Shown: positions 1 through 8,577 of the stretch, piece after piece | Position numbering within the stretch: position 1 is the first letter of the stretch | Layout: every line of letters begins with the position of its first letter | Assembly (NCBI GenBank): GCA_016934535.1 | Contig: JAFGSQ010000057.1 | Location: forward strand, 1-38,403 | Direction of reading: 5' to 3' | Source of the DNA: a candidate division WOR-3 bacterium | GTDB lineage: Bacteria; SDB-A | DNA: 38,403 nucleotides | Notes under the pieces: generated by a model | Seen by the model: only the letters and a program-made list of their open reading frames with translations | Told to the model about the DNA's origin: nothing | The model's database searches: none | Made by a program: the position numbers and the translations under genes

Positions 1-7
1 AAGGACT

Positions 8-3000
8 TTGTCTTTAAGAACCAGAACGCATTTGATTATTGCGGCAATAGCACTGTTGCTGGCTCTTTTGATTTTTATCACTGATTTTTTGTTTTTTAAT
101 CCTTATTTCATCATAGCGATTTGCATTGTGTTTGCGCTTTTGACGATATGGACGGTGGACAGACTCGTTCTGAACAAGATTTCAATCCTATCGCAATTTG
201 CCGACGAACTGATTGAAAATACAGACGAAAACAAAAGGCTCGAATTCAAAGGCGACGACGAGATATCAAAACTCGGAGCGGACCTTAACAGGATGCTTGA
301 CTCCATAAAAGCCTCAAATATAGAAAAACTGATTACCGGCGACATGACCAACGCGATAATAAAAAATTCGCCGATTGGTATTTCTGTCAGAAACAGCAAA
401 GGGACGTTGCTGTATTATAACGATAAATGGAAAAGACTGTGGGGCATGTCCGACGAAGACATCGAAGATGATAAAAAAGACAGGAAGGAATTCAAGACCG
501 ACGACAAGGATTCGTACATGAAAGAGTGGCTTGTTGAAGTCGAAGGCATTTACAAAATCGGCGGGTCTCTTTATATCCCCCAGCTTCACGTTCAAAGACC
601 GAGAATAGGAGATGCGATATGGATCTCGCATTACTTTTATTCGATACAAGGAAAAGACGGAAATGTAGAGAGGGTCGTGATAATGACCGAAGACATAACC
701 GCAAAGAAATTCGAGGAAGACAGAAGAAAAGATAAAAACGACAGGGCCAAGAAATATCAGGATGCGTTGTTTGAGTTGATCAGAGCCGAAAATGATGATC
801 TCGAAGAATATTACGCCTTGCTGCTCGAAAAAACCGCCCAGGCGCTGAAAGTTACTTTTTCGAGTATGTGGTTTTACAACCAGGATCAGTCAGAACTTGT
901 CTGCCATCTTATGTTCAACAGAATAACGAACAGGTTTGAAAAGGGAACCGTAATCAAAACCGACGAATGTCCGCTTTATTTCAATTCTATTGAAATAAAC
1001 AGAATCGTGTCTGTCGACGACGTTTATTCAGACCCAATATCGTCCGAATTCTCAGAAAGCTACTGCAGGGCGATGGATATTTATTCATTGCTTGATGCTC
1101 CAATAAGGTCAAAAGGAGCCGTAATCGGTGTTCTTTGTTTTGAAAGTACAGGACATTTTGTGGAATGGACGGACGATGACGAGAATTTTGCGGCCTCGGT
1201 GTCCGATATAGTTTCTCTGGCGTATGAAACCAGCGAAAAAGAAAAAACGAAGAAACTGCTCGAAGATTCTGAAAGAAAATACAGGGAAATCGTCGACAAT
1301 TCCCTCGTCGGAGTTTTCATCACTGACGTGGAAGGCAATTTTATTTTTGCCAACGATGCGATGGCCAGGATACTGGATTGTGAAAATTCTCAGGCATTGA
1401 TAAATGAAAGAGTCCCGTCTTTTTACGCTTTTCCCGAGCACAGAAAAACACTCATTGATGAAATCCGGAAAGTCAAAAAACTTGAGAATTACGAAATAGA
1501 CCTGAAAACCCCCAAAGACAGAACAAAAAGAGCCTTGCTCAACATTTACTACGGAGAAAATACATTGACTGGCATGGTGATGGATATTTCCGCGATCAAG
1601 GAAACGGAGGAAAACCTCGCTTCTGAAAAAGAGAGGTTGTCGGTGACCTTGAAATCGATTGGAGACGGAGTAATTGTCACTGATATGAAAGGCGATGTCA
1701 TTCTGATAAACACAGTGGCCGAAAAAATGACCGGCTGGACTGAAGAAGAAGCCGTCGGAAAATCAGTCGACGAAGTTTTCAGAATTATTGAGAAAGACAC
1801 GGGAAAACCATTGGAAAATCCGGTTAATAAAGCTATACAAATCGGTGAAATCACGAGCATGACGGAAGGAGCCACACTCGTATCCAAAAACGGCATGGAA
1901 CGTCTTCTTGCCGACAGCGCCGCTCCCATCAAGGACAAGTCGGGGAAGATTATAGGAGTAGTGCTCGTATTCAGGGACATCACTGAAAAATTCAAAATCG
2001 AACAGGAGCTTTTTAAAGTTGACAAACTCGAAACGGTAGGACTTCTCGCCGGAGGAATAGCTCATGATTTCAATAATATGCTCGCCGGAATTCTGGCGAA
2101 TATTTCGCTAGCAAAAATACTGCCTCTTGAAAAAGACAAGATAAAATATCTCGACAAAGCAGAGAAAGCCATAGACAGAGCAAAAGACCTGACGACTCAA
2201 TTGCTCGTGTTTTCCAAAGGAGGAGCCCCTGTAAAAAATGTAGTGTCGTTGAAAGACCTTCTGAAGGAAACAGCCAATTTCGCCCTGACGGGGTCGAAAT
2301 CGAAGTGCGAGTTCCGTTTCTCGGAAAATCTTTCCAACGTCGAAGCCGATCCGGGTCAATTGAGCCAGGTCATCAATAATATTGTTATAAACGCGGATCA
2401 CTCGATGCCTGTCGGGGGAACCATAACAATTGAAGCCGAAAATTTCAAGGTCGGCGGAATATCTACTCTCCCTCTCAAAGACGGCACCTACGTAAAAATA
2501 TCGGTTAAGGACGAAGGGAACGGTATCCCGCCCGAGAATCTGAAAAAAATATTCGATCCTTTCTATTCGACCAAGATAAAAGGCAGTGGACTGGGGCTTT
2601 CCATTTGCTACACCATTGTCAAAAATCACGGAGGACACATAACGGTCTATTCGGAAATCGGCAAGGGGTCGGTGTTTAACTTGTATCTTCCTGCCACACA
2701 CCTTGATGAAAAACAGGAGAAAAAAACCGAGAAGCTGATTTACGGGAAAGGTAAAATTCTTGTCATGGACGACGAGAACATGATCCGGGAAAATACGCAT
2801 GATATGCTTTCGTATCTGGGTTACGAGTGCGACGTCACATCCAGCGGGACTCAGGCTGTAGAAATGTACGAAAAAAGAATGAAAGAAGGCGGCGGATACG
2901 ACGCGGTGATACTCGACTTGACGGTTCCCGGAGAGATGGGCGGGAAAAGAGCCATGAAACTGATAAAAGACTGCGACGAGAAAGCCGTCGGAATAGTTTC

Positions 3001-3127
3001 GAGCGGTTATTCAGACGATCCCGTGCTGTCGGAGTTTTCAAAATTCGGTTTCAGCGGCAGAATTTTAAAGCCTTATAAAATAGAGGAACTGAGCGTTTTA
3101 TTGTCTGAACTTATTGGGCACATGTAA
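8..3127 (+). CDS. Membrane-anchored hybrid sensor histidine kinase (TM-HAMP-PAS-GAF-PAS-PAS-HisKA-HATPase-REC, CckA-like)
   Basis: 1039 aa ORF. H-box LAGGIAHDFNN, N-box NIVINA, G boxes DEGNGI and KGSGLGL, C-terminal receiver ILVMDDE...ILDLTVPG...KPY. GAF-like segment SLLDAPIRSKGAVIGVLCFE. TTG start after AAGGA; the frame is open to the window edge, so an upstream start cannot be excluded. Confidence 0.93.
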   Translation: MSLRTRTHLIIAAIALLLALLIFITDFLFFNPYFIIAICIVFALLTIWTVDRLVLNKISILSQFADELIENTDENKRLEFKGDDEISKLGADLNRMLDSIKASNIEKLITGDMTNAIIKNSPIGISVRNSKGTLLYYNDKWKRLWGMSDEDIEDDKKDRKEFKTDDKDSYMKEWLVEVEGIYKIGGSLYIPQLHVQRPRIGDAIWISHYFYSIQGKDGNVERVVIMTEDITAKKFEEDRRKDKNDRAKKYQDALFELIRAENDDLEEYYALLLEKTAQALKVTFSSMWFYNQDQSELVCHLMFNRITNRFEKGTVIKTDECPLYFNSIEINRIVSVDDVYSDPISSEFSESYCRAMDIYSLLDAPIRSKGAVIGVLCFESTGHFVEWTDDDENFAASVSDIVSLAYETSEKEKTKKLLEDSERKYREIVDNSLVGVFITDVEGNFIFANDAMARILDCENSQALINERVPSFYAFPEHRKTLIDEIRKVKKLENYEIDLKTPKDRTKRALLNIYYGENTLTGMVMDISAIKETEENLASEKERLSVTLKSIGDGVIVTDMKGDVILINTVAEKMTGWTEEEAVGKSVDEVFRIIEKDTGKPLENPVNKAIQIGEITSMTEGATLVSKNGMERLLADSAAPIKDKSGKIIGVVLVFRDITEKFKIEQELFKVDKLETVGLLAGGIAHDFNNMLAGILANISLAKILPLEKDKIKYLDKAEKAIDRAKDLTTQLLVFSKGGAPVKNVVSLKDLLKETANFALTGSKSKCEFRFSENLSNVEADPGQLSQVINNIVINADHSMPVGGTITIEAENFKVGGISTLPLKDGTYVKISVKDEGNGIPPENLKKIFDPFYSTKIKGSGLGLSICYTIVKNHGGHITVYSEIGKGSVFNLYLPATHLDEKQEKKTEKLIYGKGKILVMDDENMIRENTHDMLSYLGYECDVTSSGTQAVEMYEKRMKEGGGYDAVILDLTVPGEMGGKRAMKLIKDCDEKAVGIVSSGYSDDPVLSEFSKFGFSGRILKPYKIEELSVLLSELIGHM

Positions 3128-3153
3128 ATTGTTGCCGCAAAACGGAGGTTTGA

Positions 3154-5184
3154 ATGCCCGGTGATATATCTGGAAATCCTGGAAAAATCTGTATTTTTGA
3201 TGAAATACCTGACGAAAAAAAATTTGAAAAGAACATAAGAAGAGCTCCGAAAAGAGAAATGCCTCTGAGAGACGAAGAAATCGCGAATGCTCTTAAAAAT
3301 GCTCTCAGGTACGTACCCGAGAAATTTCACGAAAAGCTTGCACCTGAATTTCTCGATGAACTGATGACTAAAGGAAGAATATACGCTTACAGGTTCCGGC
3401 CGGAAGGCAACATTAAAGCGCGACCCGTGGAAGAATACGAGGGTATTTTGGACGCCAGGGCTCTTCAAGTAAACATAGACAACAATCTGGATTTCGAAGT
3501 CGCCCTCTATCCTTACGAACTGGTTACCTACGGAGAAACAGGTCAGGTTTGCCAGAACTGGATGCAGTATCATCTAATAAAAAAATACCTAGGAGTCATG
3601 AGCGACGACCAGACGCTCGTAGTTATGTCCGGTCACCCCCTCGGGCTTTTCCCTTCTAAAAAAAACGCCCCGAGAGTTATATCGACAAACGGACTTCTTG
3701 TCGGTCAATGGGACAATTCTGATATTTTCAACAGAGCGGCGGCGCTCGGAGTTTCGAATTACGGACAGATGACAGCGGGAGGATGGATGTACATAGGTCC
3801 GCAGGGAATAGTTCACGGGACTTACATAACTTTGCTAAACGCCGGCAGAAAATATCTCGATTTACCGGAAGATAAAGATTTGGCGGGAATTCTCTTTGTT
3901 TCTTCAGGTCTTGGAGGAATGAGCGGAGCCCAGGCCAAAGCCGTAGAGATAGCAGGAGGTATAGGAGTGATAGCGGAAGTGGACCTATCGAGAATTGAGA
4001 CGAGACATTCCCAAGGGTGGGTAAAAGTCGTGTCCGATGACCTCGACGAAATATTCTCCACGGTCGAGAAATACAGAAAATCCAAAAAGCCTGTGTCGAT
4101 AGGTTATCACGGAAACATAGTTGACCTTCTTGAATACTGCGAATCGAATAAAACCGGGATTGAACTTATCTCGGATCAGACTTCGTGCCACGCCGTATAC
4201 GAAGGAGGCTATACGCCAGCCGGGCTTACTTTCGAAGAGGGCAGAAAGCTCCTCGCGGAGAATCCGGCGGAGTTCAGAATAAAAGTGGACGAATCCCTGA
4301 AAAGGCATTTTACCGTGCTGAAAAAACTGACGGAAAAAGGCGCGCATTTTTGGGACTACGGGAACAGTTTTATGGCGTCAGTATTTGAGGCCGGCCAAAA
4401 GGATATCTCTAAAAACGGGCGAGACACAAACGACGGTTTTATATGGCCTTCCTATGTCGAGGACATAATGGGACCCGTTTGCTTTGACAAAGGATTCGGA
4501 CCTTTCAGATGGATTTGTCTTTCCGGAAAAACGGCAGATCTTGAAAAAACAGACAAAGCCGCGATGGCGTGTCTGGATCCTGAATTGAGCTCGCTTCACA
4601 GAGACAACTATGTGTGGATTAAAGACGCGTCCAAAAACAACCTCGTTGTGGGCAGTAAGGCCAGAATACTTTACGCCGATGAAAAAGGAAGAATGCAAAT
4701 AGCCCTGAAATTCAACAAAATGGTGAGAGATAAAGAAATCGGTCCCGTCATGCTCGGCAGGGATCATCACGACGTTTCCGGCACTGATTCTCCTTTCAGG
4801 GAGACGGCCAACATATACGACGGAAGCCGGTATTCCGCAGAAATGTCGGTGCAGTGCTTCGCGGGCAATGCCGCGAGGGGCATGACGCTTGCCGTCCTTT
4901 CAAACGGCGGCGGGGTCGGTATAGGCAGGGCGAGCAACGGTGGTTTCGGACTGGTTCTCGACGGATCCCCGGAAAAAGACGGAATTATCATTTCGGCAAT
5001 GAGCTGGGATGTTATGTGCGGAGTCGCGAGGAGGTGCTGGGCTTTAAACAAGAATGCGATAGAGACTTCACGCGTATGGAACAGGGAAAGCTTCGGGAAA
5101 GGCTGTATAACGATGCCTCATGAAGCGAATCAGGACACGATAAATAATGCGATCAAAAACAGGCTCAAAAGAGACAGGTCATGA
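3154..5184 (+). CDS. hutU: Urocanate hydratase, long (eukaryote-like) form
   Basis: Motifs NNLDFEVALYPYELVTYG, YGQMTAGGWMYIGPQGIVHGT, GLGGMSGAQ, SDQTSCH, GRDHHDVSGTDSPFRET. GGAGG RBS upstream. Confidence 0.97.
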   Translation: MPGDISGNPGKICIFDEIPDEKKFEKNIRRAPKREMPLRDEEIANALKNALRYVPEKFHEKLAPEFLDELMTKGRIYAYRFRPEGNIKARPVEEYEGILDARALQVNIDNNLDFEVALYPYELVTYGETGQVCQNWMQYHLIKKYLGVMSDDQTLVVMSGHPLGLFPSKKNAPRVISTNGLLVGQWDNSDIFNRAAALGVSNYGQMTAGGWMYIGPQGIVHGTYITLLNAGRKYLDLPEDKDLAGILFVSSGLGGMSGAQAKAVEIAGGIGVIAEVDLSRIETRHSQGWVKVVSDDLDEIFSTVEKYRKSKKPVSIGYHGNIVDLLEYCESNKTGIELISDQTSCHAVYEGGYTPAGLTFEEGRKLLAENPAEFRIKVDESLKRHFTVLKKLTEKGAHFWDYGNSFMASVFEAGQKDISKNGRDTNDGFIWPSYVEDIMGPVCFDKGFGPFRWICLSGKTADLEKTDKAAMACLDPELSSLHRDNYVWIKDASKNNLVVGSKARILYADEKGRMQIALKFNKMVRDKEIGPVMLGRDHHDVSGTDSPFRETANIYDGSRYSAEMSVQCFAGNAARGMTLAVLSNGGGVGIGRASNGGFGLVLDGSPEKDGIIISAMSWDVMCGVARRCWALNKNAIETSRVWNRESFGKGCITMPHEANQDTINNAIKNRLKRDRS

Positions 5185-7332
5185 AGATTGATTTTTTTCA
5201 GTACCTTCTATTACTATCTTTCCAAAATCGGCCAGCTTTCTGAAAAGCCGGGAAACTGAGTAAAGAAGTGCTTTTCTGTTTTCTGTCAGTTTTTTGTTTT
5301 CGACGTTGACCATGACGTTGTCGAAAAAGCTGTCGATTGGTTTTTTCAATTTCAAAAGCTCGTCCATGGCGCCAGAATAATCTTCACTTGAAAGCAGTTT
5401 CTCTACTACAGGTCTTATTCCGTTTAAAGAAGAATACAGGTTTTTTTCATGATTGAGTTCAAAAAGCGATTCTGCCGGTTCGTTTTCAAATTCGAAATCT
5501 TCGAGTATTCTTTCCGTTCTTTTTGATACTATTACAAGGTCTATGAAATTTTCCTGTTCTCTGTACTTAGACAGAGCGAAGGCAATTTCAAAAGCTTTGA
5601 GACAGTCGTTCGAAGACACTGATAAAGCGGCTTCCGCCACGTCATATCTGATTCCTCTGTCTTTTAATGCCCTCGAAGTTCTATCTAAAAGGTACTCATT
5701 TATGTCGTCAAAAGCTTTTTCCAGTACAACTTCGCAAAGGAGTCCCTCCTCATGATACAAGTCGAGATTTTTTTTGATCCACGAATCGAAATCCGCGTGC
5801 CACTTCTTTTCGAGAAGGAATTGAATTATAAGGTTTGCCGCTTTCCTGAGCGCGTATGGATCGGCAGACCCGCTGGGAGTGCCGAGCTTTGAAATGAATC
5901 CGCAAAGATGGTCCATTTTGTCTGTGATTCCGAGCACAACGGTTTCGTCGGAGTAGGTCGATGGGTTTTTTGATGCTGTTTCGAGATAATGATCCCTTAT
6001 AACGGCTGCAGTCTTGTCAGATTCACCTGATTTCAAAGAGTAATAGCTTCCTATGACGCCTTGAAGTGAAGTGAATTCCTTGCCGTCTCTTATCATTGAA
6101 GTCGCCATGTCGCATTTGCAGAGAAGGGAAGCTCTTTCAAGTGTCAAAGGGTCGGTTTCATCAGGACAGAATTTTTTAACAATAGAAACGAGTTCCGTCA
6201 AACGCTCGGTTTTTTGTTTGAGAGATCCTATACCCTTCATGTATGTCATCTCGCCGAGCTTGTCCATAAAGTTTTCAAGAGAAATTTTAGTGTCTTCAAG
6301 AAAGAAAAAAAACGCGTCCTCGAGCCTTGAGCCGACTATTGTTTCGTTGCCTCTCACAGCGTTTTCAGCAGCCCTTGCGGATATTCCGTCGGCGACGTAT
6401 ATAAAATATGGCAGGAGCCGGCCGTCTTTTCCGGCGACTGAAAAATCTCTCTGATGGCTTTTCAGCGCGGTTGTTATTATTTCAGAGGGCAGATTCATGT
6501 ATTCCTCGGGAAGTCTGCCGGTCACCAGAACAGGATATTCGACTAAATTCGAGACTTCGTCGAGTAAATCCTCATCGCGAATCAGAGTTCCGTTCAAATC
6601 AGTACATTTGTTTTCCAGTAGAGAAGAAAGAAGCGTTTTTCTTTCTGAATGATCGGCGATTATTTTGTTTTTTCTCAGTTCTTCCCTGTAATTTTCAGCA
6701 GTCACATCAAATTCCGATTTTTCAGTCAAACGCGACGACCTTGTTTTTGAAGTTGATTTTACCCCGGCTATCTCAAGAGGAATGATTTCATCTCCGTATG
6801 TAAGGACGATGTTTCTCAAAGGTCTGGGAAAGCGGAATTCCGACAGTTCCCATCTCATCGTTTTTGGAAATTTCAACGACGTTAACGCGCCCGGAAGCCA
6901 CGAGGATACAAGTTCTTGAATTTTTTTGCCTTTGAGAAATTTTTTTATGCAAACGAATTCGCCCCTGTCGGTTTTTTGAACAAAAAGATCGTTTTTTGAA
7001 GCGCTGTTTTTCTTTAAAAAACCTTCAAGAGCTTTTGTCGTTGTTCCCGAACAGAGGAGGTTTTCAGAGGAAGTTCCGTCATTTTTGTTTTCAAAAGCGA
7101 TTTTCAAAGAAGGTCCAACAACGAAAATTTCCGAATCCGGTTGTTTTGTGGCAAGATTTTTCACGGTAAGTGCTATTCTTCTCGGTGTGAAAAAAAAGCA
7201 GACTTCTTCATTCGCAAGATTTGATGTTCTTAAAAACTCGGAAATTTTTTCTTTGAGTTCCAAAGTAGCCGGTAAAAGATAAGAAGAAGGAATGTCTTCG
7301 CAATACAATTCAAGAAGAAGGTTTTTATTCAT
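5179..7332 (-). CDS. glyS: Glycine--tRNA ligase beta subunit
   Basis: LLLELYCEDIP, TPRRIAL, FPKTMRW, EFTSLQGVIG, GSADPYALRK and FFDNVMVN motifs. Directly downstream of glyQ with an 8-bp overlap. Confidence 0.96.
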   Translation of the reverse strand: MNKNLLLELYCEDIPSSYLLPATLELKEKISEFLRTSNLANEEVCFFFTPRRIALTVKNLATKQPDSEIFVVGPSLKIAFENKNDGTSSENLLCSGTTTKALEGFLKKNSASKNDLFVQKTDRGEFVCIKKFLKGKKIQELVSSWLPGALTSLKFPKTMRWELSEFRFPRPLRNIVLTYGDEIIPLEIAGVKSTSKTRSSRLTEKSEFDVTAENYREELRKNKIIADHSERKTLLSSLLENKCTDLNGTLIRDEDLLDEVSNLVEYPVLVTGRLPEEYMNLPSEIITTALKSHQRDFSVAGKDGRLLPYFIYVADGISARAAENAVRGNETIVGSRLEDAFFFFLEDTKISLENFMDKLGEMTYMKGIGSLKQKTERLTELVSIVKKFCPDETDPLTLERASLLCKCDMATSMIRDGKEFTSLQGVIGSYYSLKSGESDKTAAVIRDHYLETASKNPSTYSDETVVLGITDKMDHLCGFISKLGTPSGSADPYALRKAANLIIQFLLEKKWHADFDSWIKKNLDLYHEEGLLCEVVLEKAFDDINEYLLDRTSRALKDRGIRYDVAEAALSVSSNDCLKAFEIAFALSKYREQENFIDLVIVSKRTERILEDFEFENEPAESLFELNHEKNLYSSLNGIRPVVEKLLSSEDYSGAMDELLKLKKPIDSFFDNVMVNVENKKLTENRKALLYSVSRLFRKLADFGKIVIEGTEKNQSS

Positions 7333-8176
7333 ATTGATTTTCGGTTTCGACGAATTTTTTTGCCGCGCTTCTCGAAAGTTTTCTTATTCTTGCTATGTAT
7401 GCGGCTCTTTCGTCAGGGCTTATCGCTCCTCTTGCATCGAGAATGTTGAAAAGATGAGAGCATTTTATGACATAGTCATAAGCCGGAAAAACGAGGTTTT
7501 CCGTTATAAGCCTGGCGGATTCTTTTTCATATTTCTCGAAAATCTCGGAGCAGAGTTTTATGTCGGCTTTTTCGAAATTAAATTTGCACCATTCGGTTTC
7601 TGATCTTCCGTATACATCGTTCCACCTGAGATTTTGAGAAAGGGCTATGTCCTGGACACGGCCCTTGTCTTGCAGAAAAAGAGAAATTCTTTCCAATCCG
7701 TAAGTCATCTCAGCGGAAACAATTTCCAGCTCAATGCCTCCCATTTGCTGAAAATAAGTGAATTGACTGATTTCCATCCCGTCGATCCACACTTCCCACC
7801 CCAGGCCCGAAGCGCCTAAAGTGGGGGATTCCCAATCGTCTTCAACGAATCTGATGTCGTGGTCCTCTGCCCTTATTCCTATTTTATCCAGGCTTTCAAT
7901 ATACAGATGTCTGACGTCGGACGGCGAGGGTTTTAACAAGACCTGAAATTGAGTGAACTGCTGGAACCTCAAAGGATTGTCGTTGTATCTGCCGTCTTTC
8001 GGTCTTTTTGAAATTTCGACGTATGCTATCCTGACAGGTTTTTTCCCGAGGGAAAAAAGAAACGTGAAAGGATTGAAAGTGCCCGCGCCGACTTCGCCCG
8101 AGTATGGGTGAGCAATGTAGCATCCCTTTGAAGACCAGTAGTCGCCAAGAGCGCTTATCATTCTGTCGAAACTCAT
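7325..8176 (-). CDS. glyQ: Glycine--tRNA ligase alpha subunit
   Basis: EVGAGTFNP, RFVEDDWESPTLGASGLGWEVW, QFTYFQQMGG, EMTYGLER and SHLFNILDARGAIS motifs. Confidence 0.98.
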   Translation of the reverse strand: MSFDRMISALGDYWSSKGCYIAHPYSGEVGAGTFNPFTFLFSLGKKPVRIAYVEISKRPKDGRYNDNPLRFQQFTQFQVLLKPSPSDVRHLYIESLDKIGIRAEDHDIRFVEDDWESPTLGASGLGWEVWIDGMEISQFTYFQQMGGIELEIVSAEMTYGLERISLFLQDKGRVQDIALSQNLRWNDVYGRSETEWCKFNFEKADIKLCSEIFEKYEKESARLITENLVFPAYDYVIKCSHLFNILDARGAISPDERAAYIARIRKLSRSAAKKFVETENQYE

Positions 8177-8177
8177 A

Positions 8178-8450
8178 TCATCCGAATTTGTAGAGTTTTC
8201 TCACGGGTTTTTCGACTATCCATGTGCATTTCAAGCCTTTGGGGAAAAAGACCAGGTCACCGGCTTCAAACACAGTTTCTTTGTTTTCTCCGTGTTTGAT
8301 TCTGACTTTTCCTTCGAGTATAATGCAGGTCTCGTTTTCATCGTATTCCCAGTCAAATGTTTCAGCCGGGCATGACCATATGGGCCAATTTTCGGCTCCG
8401 ATGTTTTTTTTTCTTTCTTCGCTGATTTTTTTTTCAACCGAAATTTCCAT
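8178..8450 (-). CDS. Small cupin-domain protein (cupin_3/DUF861-like)
   Basis: WPIWSCPAETFDWEYDENETCIILEGKV...GDLVFFPKGLKCTW...VRKLY is typical of this family. Start reassigned to the ATG at 8450, which has a GGAGGA RBS at 8454-8459. Confidence 0.88.
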   Translation of the reverse strand: MEISVEKKISEERKKNIGAENWPIWSCPAETFDWEYDENETCIILEGKVRIKHGENKETVFEAGDLVFFPKGLKCTWIVEKPVRKLYKFG

Positions 8451-8483
8451 ATATCCTCCAGGAATTAGCAAAATACACGGAAA

Positions 8484-8513
8484 AGGATATATTTCAAGGG
8501 CAATACTTGTCAA
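8484..8513 (-). promoter_or_regulatory. Putative sigma70 promoter for cupin-glyQ-glyS
   Basis: Minus strand TTGACA (8513-8508), 18-nt spacer, TATCCT (8489-8484), upstream of the cupin RBS. Confidence 0.5.
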
Positions 8514-8529
8514 TGAGATTATCTGTATG

Positions 8530-8554
8530 AAATCCGAGGATTTTTTGATAAAAT
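8530..8554 (+). promoter_or_regulatory. Putative extended -10 promoter of the C25 protease gene with an adjacent palindrome
   Basis: TGaTAAAAT at 8546-8554. Palindrome AAATCC-GA-GGATTT at 8530-8543 in the divergent intergenic region. Confidence 0.4.
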
Positions 8555-8577
8555 ATCCCGGGAAGTCAGCATTATAG

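Noticed and set aside
2108-2800. 230-aa minus-strand ORF
   Set aside because: Lies entirely antisense to the kinase catalytic domain and has no recognisable features.
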